Below are positions 1 to 11,628 of a DNA stretch of 64,000 bases, in pieces. Origin of the DNA: Lama guanicoe. Its lineage: Eukaryota. Location: positions 4,217,374 to 4,281,373 of the forward strand of contig MU054220.1 of the NCBI GenBank assembly GCA_013239625.1, read 5' to 3'. A program made the position numbers and the translations under genes. The notes under the pieces were generated by a model, which had not been told where the DNA came from, ran no database searches, and saw nothing but the letters and a program-made list of their open reading frames with translations. The stretch's first letter is position 1; every line of letters starts with the position of its first letter.

Positions 1-2297
1 AGTTTCTGGGGCTGTAAAATGGGGGTATTTTGTATGGGGTTGTTGTAAAGAGTCAATGCCAGAGCAGTGATGGTGGCATGACAGGTGTCCTCATACTGGG
101 TAGAGCAGGAAGCTCAGCTCCTGGTCTGTAGTGAAAGTCCCATGCTCATTTCTTTTCCTTCCTTGGTTCTGGGAAGCCTCCTCCATCCTCTGGACCAGAG
201 GAACCCCTCCATTCCACAATGTGTAGGAAGAAACAAGAAAGCTTCTGTATGAGGGTGGAACTCTCGATGGAGGAAGGGGCTACAGCCCCTCTGCTGATGC
301 CTCCCCCGGGAAGAACCCGCAGAGAGCTGTCAGTAAATCCACCAGCCACCTGGAAGGCCACCTGGGCAAAACACGGAGGGGGAGTGGGGGTTGCACAGCT
401 TACTTGCACATGGCTGGAGGGCTGAAGGGTCCCCATGAAGGGAGGCAACTCTGTGGACTAAGAGGCGCTCAGGTCAGGCCCGCCACCCAGTGACTAGAGA
501 CATTCCATGGGTCCCTTCTCTCGGAGCCTCAGGATGCCCACCTGTAAAATGGGGGTGCTTAAGAGGGCCAGCGTGGGGGAATTTTGAGGGGACTGACAGG
601 AGTCAAGAATGTGAAAACCCTCAGAACCGGAGCAGGAAAGAGCTGTGCTATGAACGGCAGGGACGCGCCTCATCCATCCCCATGTCCCTCGTTGTGCTGG
701 GACAGCGGCATATAGTAGGACTGAACAAGTGCTTGTTTGGCAAACTCTCCAGGGCCTGGGCCTTTAACCAAACTTGGTGAAACCTCATCTGAGGCTGGTG
801 CCCTGGGGCATCACCTCTGCCCCTGAGGCACTTAATTGAGACAGCAGTGCCTCCTGGTGGCCAGCGTGAGCCACTGCAGCCCTGATCCTGGCCAGCTGGA
901 AGAGGGCCCTGGAGCCTTCAAGCAGGGTTCAGGGAGCCTGCCCTGTGGGTGAGCGGTGCATCCTAGGGCCCGGGGACTCCTCCTGAGTCTGGGCTTCCTG
1001 GAGGCTCTGTGCTCCCTCTATACCCCCTTCTCTCCTCTTGGGCAATACTTGTTGAAACAAGGAAGCAGAGAAGCCAAAAGCTTTGGCCAGGGCCACAGCA
1101 GCAGCGGGTCCACCTTTGGTCCTTCATGCCCTGCCTCACCCCGCGGCTCATTCCTTTGAGCTCCGTCATCCTGCAAGGCCCGCTCTCCCACCCCCATGCC
1201 GCAGCCTCCCCACACAGCCCTGTGTCAAGGCCCCCCTGGGTCTGGAACCCAGCCCCGTGGTCTTGGGTTCTTTCCTGGGGGTGCCCTCAGCAGGGCGTGC
1301 AGAGCAGCCCTGTGCTACCAAAGGCAGAAGGAGCCCGGGCCCCGTTGGGGTCCCCGCAGGGCATCGGGGCGGCCCTGCTCTGAACAGTTCCCAGTCTAGT
1401 GGGGGGCGGGACCCCACACCAGCAGGGGATTGAAGCAGGGGATTCAGTGTTTAGAGGTCAGCCCGGCCCCGGGGTCAGGGAGGAAGGAGTCGCCCAGGCA
1501 CTGAACCTTGGAAACTCAGGAGAAACAATTCCCCCAAAAAAGAAATACAGGAGGTTAACCTTACTAGTAATTTTTAAATGTCGATTTAAACAAGATTTCA
1601 CTTTTATCCAGCACACTGGCAAAGATTTAACAACACTGTGATGCCTGGTACTGGCCCTGAAGCTGAGGAAACGGGCACGTTTCTGTAAGGCAGTTTGGCC
1701 ATGTTTATCATTAACCCAGTATTTTTAGTTCTTGGAGCTTCCTCTAAGGTAATCACCCTGAAAGTGTCAAGGGATTTAACCACAAAGATGTTCATCACAG
1801 GCCTATTACCATTTGAAACAATCAGAAATGCGTGTGCCCAACAGTAAAGGACTGGTGAAATAAAGTAGGCTGTGTCCACACAGTTAAATCCTATGTAGCC
1901 ATTAAAAACATTGCAGGAGAAGAATCTAGAACAGGCTGGAAAGATGTTAGGTTAAAAAAAAGCTTACAAAAAAATATGTTTCCCTTGTGTGTGTGTTGTG
2001 TGGGTTTCCCGCTTTTGATTTGTTTTGATTGTTTTTTTTAATTTCCATATAGGATGTAGGTGATGACCTGTCATGAGGGGAAAACAGCCACATGAGTTAC
2101 AGAGGAAGGTACACAGGTGAGGGGGTAGTTAGCCAGATGTGTGCAGGCAGACGGGAACTCCAGCTAGATGGAAGAGCACATGCAGAAGGGTGGGCGCCTG
2201 CAGCTGGAGGGAGGAGTGTGGCCCCATGGAGGTCTAGGAGGAGGGCAGAAGCCAGTCTTGCCTGGGGAATCCTCTATGCTGCGATCTGCCTGATTTG

Positions 2298-2497
2298 TAG
2301 GATTGACAGATTTAGCAAAAAGCTAACAACAAAACCAGGATGCCCTGTTTCATTTGAATTTCAAATAAACAACGAATTATTTTTAGTGTAAGTATTTCCC
2401 ATGTAATATTTGGGACACACTTTTACTAAAAAATGACTCACAGTTTCTCTGAAATGCTAATTTAACTGAGTACCCTGTATTTTATCTGACAGTGCTA
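2298..2497. mobile_element. MER53-like palindromic non-autonomous hAT DNA transposon (MITE)
   Basis: ~200-bp degenerate self-complementary element (..catttgaatttcaaataaacaacgaattatttttagtgtaagtatttccca..tgggacacacttttactaaaaaatga..ctgaaatgctaatttaactgagtaccctgtattttatctgaca..) matching the recalled MER53 layout. Confidence 0.75.
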
Positions 2498-3329
2498 ATG
2501 AAGGCTCTGGGAGCTCGGGAAAGCATTTAGAGAGGGTGACGGCGGATCAGACCTGTGTGCTTTAGAAACTCTCTCTGGTTGTATTTGAGGGTGGTGAGTC
2601 TGAGGGTAAAGAAACCGATCAGAAGGTCTGAACTTAAGCCTGAGCCCTGGGAATCTCCCATATCCAGGAGGCCTCAGAGCCATGGGTGAGGGGGTCAGTT
2701 TATGAGGACAGTGGCCGATCCCCACTGCAAAAGGGGCGTCTCTCTGTAGCACCCCTACACTCACTCCATCCCGCTCCAAGCAGGCTCACCTCCCACCTCC
2801 CCAAGTCGCACAGCTGAGTCCAGCACCTGCCAACGCAGGCATCGTTCAGGATTCTAATCGCTGCTTTCACATAGCATTCTAAAATGATAAAAGCAATTCC
2901 TGTTCATGGTAGGACAAATAGCAAATTAAGTCAGACCAGGAAAAAAAAAAAAGGAACAAAACCCATATACCAGTATGCTTACCTCTGGAAACCTCTAGTA
3001 TTTTCTAAGGACAGATGATACCCCACCCTTTTTTTTCAAAACGAGATTTACTTCATATAACATGAACATCTTTCCAGATAGGAAAATGCTGTTCTTTTAC
3101 AACATCAGTTTCATTCATTTGTTCATCAGCTGTTTATTGAACCCTCTCTACATGCCAGTCACAATACTAGGCATTAAACTAAAAGGGTAGACAAAGCAAA
3201 TATAATCAGAAATATTCCCTGTTTTATGGAAGGGAGAGAGAGACAATAAACCAAGGGAAACAAACATAAATACATAATAACCTGTACTAAATGCCAAGAA
3301 ACAATCTGCAGAATAAAGAAAATCAGGAA

Positions 3330-4530
3330 GGGTCTTCCGCTTATGGAAATCTCACCCTTTGTTTAACCCACCTCCCATTACCAGATACTTTGGTCAGTTT
3401 CAGTTTTCCAGTGTAATAATGCCACAATAAACTTTCTCTCTAGTTAATTCTTTGTGCCTACCCATAATTATTTCTTTAATTTAAATCCCTAGAAGTGAGA
3501 TTTCAGAGTGAAGACATACAAACTTTTTACTTACTTAGCTTTCCTTTACTATATTTAAACCCAGTTTTGTATTTTCTCTATAGTTGACATACTTATTTTT
3601 AAAATAGCATGAAATTAAAACGGGAGGGGGGATAACTTTATGAGTTTGAACACATTCCTGTTCAGATTAATGTACTCAGCATCACTACTGGGATACAGGA
3701 GAGGATAGTTTCACACACCAGCCCTTTGTGGTCAAACCCAGCCCTTCCCCGAGCCCCTGGTAACTGTCCTGGTACCGTTGTCTTTCCCAGAATGCATTGT
3801 GATAAATAAGCAGAGTCAGGCACTGGGTACATTTTGAGACTGGCATCTTTTACAGATCATAACACCTTCTTTGAGACTCATCTGAGCTCTTGCTTGTATC
3901 AATAGTTTGCTCCTTTTAACTCTGACTAGCATCCCATGGCACAGTCTGCTTATTCATTCACCTGTTAAAGGACATTTGGGTTGTTTCCAGTTTGGGGCGA
4001 TTATGAACAAAGCTACTACAGACATTTGCATATAGGTTTGCCATGAAAATAAGTCTTTGTTTCTTTTGGGTGAACGCCTAGCAGTGGGATTTCTGAGTCA
4101 TGCAGTGAGCGTATGTTTAATTATGTAAGACATTACTGCATTTTTTCCCCCCGCCCCAGCAATGTATGGGAGTTCCGGGTGCTCCATGTCCTCACTGTCA
4201 CTTGCTACTGTCAGGTTTTTTATCTCCATTGCAATAGGTGTGTAGCGATATCTCACAGGGGTTTTAGTTTGAATATCCATAATGGATAATATGTTGAGCA
4301 CGTTGTCATGTTTATTTGCAAATATGTCTTCTGGGGTGAAATGTCCCTTGAAATATTTTATTCCTTTTTTTTTAGTTTTAATATTACTGCTAACTAAGCT
4401 CCACATTTTATTTGGATTGCATTAGTTTTTCCCTAATGACCCTGTCTGGGACACCACATCACATTTAACCCTGGTCTCCTTAGCCTCCTGTGGCCTGTGA
4501 CAGTTTCTCAGATTTTCCTTGTTTTGAGAA
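3330..4530 (-). mobile_element. Cluster of old LINE-1 3' fragments in ALX4 intron 1
   Basis: ggacatttgggttgtttccagtttggggcgattatgaacaaagctactacagacattt and ggtgtgtagcgatatctcacaggggttttagtttg are typical L1M reverse-strand text; ORF remnant KGHFTPEDIFANKH..TPVRYRYTP. Boundaries approximate. Confidence 0.65.
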
Positions 4531-7500
4531 GCATTTTCAGGGTTTGGGTGGGTGCGTGATGGTGAACAGGAATGCCTCCGTCACCTTGTGGGTGGCTGGT
4601 CTGCACCCCCGGCTTCCTCTCCTCCAGAGACTGGCAGTTCCTCCAGGGCAGGGCCACTGTCCGTCTCTACCCAGTGCACACAGATACACTCTGTGCACGT
4701 TTGCTGAAATCTCGCCCTCGTTACTGCTGCCCCTTTGACATTATGTTGTAGGTCTGGAGCTAAAGTAGGGACATCCAAGCTGAGCTCCGGACAGAGCCCA
4801 GTGGCAGATGAGGTGGGCTGGGGAGGTGATCAATGGCTCACCTTTAACCTCTGCCCTCACCCCTGCACGACTGTTTGGACAGCAGTGGGTTTAGGCAGCG
4901 CCCTTTAAATAGCATGAAAGGGCCTCACACTGGCCTGTTTTGCTTAAGGAGATTACATCGGCGCTGTGCACCCTGCCACAGGGCGTGTGAGGCCGGCTCA
5001 CCCCAGAACAGAGCAAGCGGCATGGCCCCCACAAAGCAGATGTTTGGAGGAAAAATAGATACAATCAAAACCACGGAGGATAAAATTCCTGTACCCCTTA
5101 GACGTACACTTCACATGCAAGAGCGTGTGCACAACGACACACACACACCCTCCACCCATGTCCTTACCCACCCACGTGTATCTGCAGGGTCATGCTCACC
5201 CCCACACCCCGACACCCAGCTGCTCATATCCGCTGGCACACAAGCCCCCTTGTGTGGCTGCACTTGACCACACAAGCATGCACCCTCCACAGACCTCTCC
5301 ATGGGCAACTACACATACGTTCCGCATACCCATTCACAACTGCAGACCTCTGTCACGTGCCCCAGGGTGCACGTCCCTGCACGCGGAAAGGATATACACA
5401 AAGAGGCCTCCAGCACCCTCTCCCCAAATGGCTACAGAAGTTCCGTTTCTTCAAATTATCGCTATAAAAAAAATAATTCTCTTGAAATCATAGTCATGAA
5501 AAAAAAATTATGATCACCTTTGAAAATCTTTCAAGGATTTGTATGTCAAAAAAAAAAAAACCCAAAACTAGATTAGAGCAACACCATAGGGTTGAACCAG
5601 GACAGATGGGTAAAGGTTAAGGGCATGAGGGAAGGTTTTCTAACTCTTGCATCTCTTGAAGTCCAACAGCCAGGGCTGTCTGGCTGCAGACCGGGCGGCT
5701 CCCAGAAGAGGCGCAGGCCTCCTCCGCAGGGAGGTCCCAGGGCCTTCTGTGGCTCCTGATGGAGAATATAATCTTGAACTGAGTGCTTCTCACTTCATCA
5801 GAGGTGGTCGATGGAAGTCTTAGCCTGGGGTGGTTTGAAGGCCATGCAGCGACAACGTTGTGGCTGCCACTGCATGCGTCCCTCCTGTGGGGCAGGCACT
5901 GATAACTCTTGATGTTTTATGTACGGTACTTGATTCCTCTGGGTAGTCTGGGATTTATTTCCAGATCAAGACATTCCATGGGGCGGCTGCAACTTGTGAT
6001 TCCATTGCCTTGGGCCCCACCGCCTGGGACAAAGCCCTCCCAGGGAATCCCTCCCCACCCCTGGGGCGGGGCGTTGGCCTAGCACCTGGCCCAAGTCCAT
6101 TTCTGCCCCACGGAGGATGGGGGAAGCCAGGCAGGCAGGCAGGTGGCCTGGACCCTGCAAGGCTCTGTCGCTGCTGTGCTTCCCGCCAGCACTAATGCCA
6201 TCGATGCCCCCAGGCCTAAAGGAGGTGGGCCCAGCAGCCGGGCAAGCTGGGAGCTTCCAGTGGCTTTTTCTCTTCCCCCAGGGCAGCAGCATGATGGGTG
6301 TGGAGCAGGGTCCTGGCAGATGCTGGACTGGGTTTCCCTGACGCTTAAGTTCCAGAGCCTCCTCCATGAAGCTCATCTCTGTGCCCTTTCTTCTGCCTCC
6401 CCAGCCCTCCCTGTTTCACTCTCAGCTCTCATGCTGCCTGGAGACATCCTTCGTGTCTGCCTGCCCTTCCTCTTCTTCACAGTTCTGCCCTCCTCGCCCT
6501 GCTCCCTCCCTCGGTGATCCCACCTCCTTCTGTTTCAGCCAACAGCCAGCCTTTTCTGTGTAACTTAGCCATCTTTCTCCCCATCATCCACGAGGATACG
6601 TTCCTTCAACAAACATCTCTGCATGTACGCTGTGGGCACTGGCACACAGCGGGTGCACAAAGGCAGCTGGACAGAGTGAGAGCTCAGTAATGTCTCTTTG
6701 TTAGACTTTGTCCATTTATGCCTCACCTACCTCTTCATGCATGTCTGCTGCCTGCCCCATCCTGGGCTGAGCCCTGGGCTGAGAAGGGAGAAATGACGTA
6801 AGATCCCAACCCTCAGGGAATGGCTTTTCTAGGAGGAGCTGGACATTCGGGGTTTGATGATATACTAGTCAGAAAACACAGGCAGTCATTGGATGGAGGG
6901 ATCTGTATGATTGCCCTAGTCTGGGAGGACTTCCTGGAGGAGCTGGTGCTTGATGACCTTGGAGGTCAGCTGGAAAAGGGGGACATTCCAGGCAGGTGGG
7001 CAGAGGTGGGGGCAAGGGAGACCAAGCAGGTCAGGGGTTACCTTTGGTCAGGAGTGATTCAGCCTGAGCCTCGGGACCCGTGTTTTGTCGGCTGTCTTGT
7101 CAGGGAGGGCATTACAGAGTGAGCGGAGGCCTGACCCTACCAGGTATCAGGCCATCACGCTGAGCCTTCACCCAGCCACTCTGCATCACCTAGAAGGAGA
7201 GTGATCTGCTGGTTTTGTCCAGACCCCAGCACCATCACCCATCCCATCCCCGACACCCACCTGCCTCAGACAGGCTCCTTAAACTCGAGGCCACCTGAGG
7301 AGTGGCAGCGGGAACTGCAACTATTTATCCAGCAGGATGGGAGACTCAGAGGTGTGACTCCTCCCCCAGTCTGGCCTCCAGATGTCCGCAGGGCTGTCTT
7401 GGGGAAGGCTGCTAGGGAACCAGAATAGTGGGCCAGACCTGCAGGAGACAGACACAGGTGGACCTAAGGGCCAGCTGTCCTGGGGCAGTGAGCTCTCTGT

Positions 7501-9559
7501 CACCAAATGGATGACAGCACTTGGTGGAGATGCTGTAAAGTGGAAGGAGTTTGAAATTGAGGCCCTGGCACCTGGATCTTTGGACTGAGTACCCGTGAGG
7601 GTCTTTCTTGTCTCATCATTCTGACCAGTTGGGTGGGCCACAGAGCTTGAGGGAATTTTCCTTTGTTGTCTAAATTAGGGCCCCAGCTTCAGAATTTAAA
7701 GCAAGATGACCAATAATCAAGACTGAGGTGAGAAGGTTTCTTCCCTCTTCCAGGACCAGAGAAGCCTCAGTTTGCCAGAAATCTTTCCATCTCTGAGCCT
7801 TTCCAGTTAACAGACGTTTGCCTGGACAGACATCCTCTTCTCTCTTCTCCACCCTCCAGACCCCAAGGGGAAGGTCCCTGGTCCCTGTGACTAAGGCAGG
7901 AGGGCTGCCCCAATGGGCTGAGGCAGTGACACCACCCCTGCCTGCTCTCCCCACTCTGGGCTGGGTGTGCCGGCTCCCTTTTGCAGATGATGCTCTGGGA
8001 CATAAAAGGCATCATCTCAAGTCATAGGCAGACAGTGGGAGAGCTGGACCCAAGAGCAGATCTCCCAGCTCTTGGTTTCCTGGTCTTTGCATGCACCATG
8101 CTGTCTCTGCACTCTCACCCTGTGTGCTCCATCTCAGTGGGTGGCTGGAGGTGGGAAAACTGGATCCTTACTTCTCACCATGGAAACTGGACGCTCTGCT
8201 GCCTCCCCACGGGCTGAGCCTAGAACCAGCTCAGCGCTGGGGGGCTTCCCCTGAGGCCCCGCCCTTGCTCTCACATCTTCTGGAGCTGGTCCTTTTGCCC
8301 CCAGGATGTGCAGAGCAGGCCCCTTGGTTATGTGAGGCCCCTGGATTCCTTCTGCTCCTACCTCTCTCCCTGAGAAAGGCCCTGAGATCATGTGGTAGGA
8401 TTAGTGGGTCGACCCAGGGCTGGGAGACTGCACTCTGTTGCTAATTAGGGCACATTCCCTGCTCTCTCTGGCCTCAGTTTCCCCACACTTAAAACAAGGA
8501 GTTTGGGCTGGTCCCTACCAAATCTGGCTTTTTATAACATGGAGTCCCCTCTGCACAGCCCAGCCCCTCTTGCTGTACGGGGTGGTCCTGATTTTCCAGA
8601 GGATACTGTAAGGGTCCACCAGGTCATGGGATGGGTCCTGGGGAGCTGTGCTAGGGCAGAGGGGGCAGGGACTCCTCCCCCAGTCTGGCCTCCGGGAAGT
8701 TGCATAACAGAGATGTTTATTTTTGGTGAGGCTGGGTGGGATTTCTTCTCTTTTAAAAAAAACCAAAACATAAAACTTACTTGTCTGCCAGGAAGATAAA
8801 TATCTGTGCTGAAAGCTCTTGGCCCAGCTGCCAGCTGCAGTTTGCATAATGCTGTCACCGAAGCCATGGCAGTCTGCATGTGCCTGGGTGCACATGGGTG
8901 TCTTACGTGATGCCTGAGGGCCGGCCCCCGACCCTGCCAGCATCGATGCTGCCAGGGGCCCTCAGGAACAGCCTTCTGAAGCTGCTTCCTGACCCACTCT
9001 GGACATTCGCCTCCACCTCCTTTTCCTCAGTGCCTTGAAGAGGGAGGTGGGAATGACAGAGGTAAAATGTGCCTTTCAGCTTCCCTAGCATTAAGAGAGC
9101 CCCCACAAAAAGCCAGGGATGAGAGCAAACCTGATGTGTCAGCTCCAGGACCTGGACAGAGTCAGGAGACCCATGCTAGAGGCATCATGCTGACACCTTA
9201 TGCCTGCTGCTTAGAACTATTCCCAGAAGAGGAGACCGAGGATCAGAGCAGTTGATGCACACATTGACCACAAATGCTTGTCATGGTCAGAGCTTGCGCC
9301 TGTGAAAGGTCTTGTCTAATGCTCCCCACACACGTCTTATTCATCTTGTATGTTATTTCACTCTGCAAGAGTCCCAGACAGTGGAATTTGGCTCAGAGAA
9401 GGGATCACACCCCTGTCTCTGGACACCAGTCCAGCACCCTTCCCACGGCATCCGTGCATGCTCCTGCGCTTGGGTGCTCCAGGGACAGCCTGCCCGCTTG
9501 GAGGACCCCTCCAGGGTCAGAATCTTCTGCTGCTCACCAGTCCAGACCAGACACGGCAC

Positions 9560-9750
9560 CATGCTAAGTGCCTTACATGCAGCCTCTTTAATCCCACAGC
9601 TGCTCTATGAGGAAGACATTACAGGTATCTTCATTCCCATTTTATAGAGGGGGAAACTGAGGCACAAAGAAGTTAAGTGAACTGTCCAAAGCACGCTGCT
9701 GGGATTCACACTCGGGTGCCAGTGTCAGAGCCTGCATTCTAACCTCTGTC
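9560..9750 (-). mobile_element. MIR SINE
   Basis: MIR core cccattttatagagggggaaactgaggcacaaagaagttaagtgaactgtccaaag. Other MIR-like fragments occur at ~1-60, 8460-8500, 10400-10500, 17430-17560 and 27150-27330. Confidence 0.7.
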
Positions 9751-10500
9751 CGCGGCAAGCGTGTCTGCCCAGGATGCCAGCTGGGATATTGGGATGTGGC
9801 AAAGCTACTCCCCGCCCCACCCTCCCACCCTGACCTCTGGCTCCTCAACCTTGACCTGCACGGGTTTGACCGGTCCTTTCCAGCTCTGAGCATCCAGGAA
9901 TCAGCCTGCAGAGCCGCGTTCTGTCAGACAGCAATGGCTGTGGGTCCCGGGTTGTGCACTTTGTATAAATCTGCTGGGGCCCCCATGTCGGCATCCTGGG
10001 CATGTCGGAGGGGGAGGTGCCCAACTTCCTCAGTAAACGCAGTCCCCACTTGGAGGGAGGAGGACACTGCTTGGACAACAGGTGAGACCAGGGTGGAGGG
10101 CAGGGGGATGGGACCCCTCAGCACGGAGTTCGTGGGCAGAGCCTCCACGGCCCCTGATGAACCCCAAACAGGACCAGCCCACTAGAGGAGAGGCCTTTTT
10201 TCCTCTCCCTAAGCTCAGTTGCTGCTGCCTCTGGGAGTCCGAGGCACTGAGTCAGCATCCTCGATGCCCAAAGGAGAAGTTTTGGCAAAGGGAGTCCTTC
10301 CAGAGGAAGGAGCCCAGTCAGTGGGGTGGAGATTACATGTTATAGAAGTCAGCTGGATCGGCTGATCCAGAGTCACATATCATTGGTGTTGAAAGGGGCC
10401 CATTCTGAGATGACGGCAAAGAGGCTCAGAGACAGAAAGGGACTTGCCCAAGGTCACAGGATGCTCATGGCAACCCAGGATTGGCACCCCAGTCTCCTGA

Positions 10501-10944
<444 letters not shown>

Positions 10945-11468
10945 TGAGGGCATGGGAGGGCAGGGCCTGCCCTTGGGCTGGTGGCCAGAGCTGGGACTGC
11001 CTGACTGTCCCCTAGTCACACCAGGTTTCTTCACCTCAGTCCAAGGAGGGCCTGAGAGGCTCCCAGCCTGCCCCTCGTGCCTCTGCTCCAACCAGCGTGA
11101 GTCTTTTATTCACTTTACTCTCCAGTTTCTTGCTCTGGTTGGAGCAGGGGCAGGTTCCCCGTGGAGGGACAGGAAGGCTGTGAGCTGTGCTTCTGAGATC
11201 TACAGGCTGTGTGAGTCCAGGCCCTTTCCTGAAGGCAATGATGACTGGTCCCAGCTCTGGAAGGCCTATCTCTTAGAAAGGAAACAGGATTTTATAGATA
11301 TCCACAGCAGCCCGGTGGGGGAATCAGAGACAACCCAACTCTTCTTTTTGCCCAGAATAGCCACCTCCTCCTCCATCTTTCCTCCTCCATAAGCTTCCTC
11401 TGAGTCGTCTTCCTGACCACCATGGCTGAAGCAGTAGCCCCCTTCCATCACCCAACCACCAAAACACT

Positions 11469-11628
11469 CAACCCAGCACAACTCCACACAGCTCAACACA
11501 ACCTGGCACAACCCAAACGAGCCCAACCCAACACAGCTCAACCCAACCCAACTCAACCCAACCCAACACAGCTCAACCCAACCCAACCCAACTCAACCCA
11601 ACCCAACACAACACAACCCAAGCAAACC
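11469..11628 (+). repeat. Pentanucleotide tandem array, 32 in-phase units of consensus CAACC (variants CAACA, CAACT, CAGCT)
   Basis: Read directly; 5-bp phase is kept without indels across 160 bp. Confidence 0.95.
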
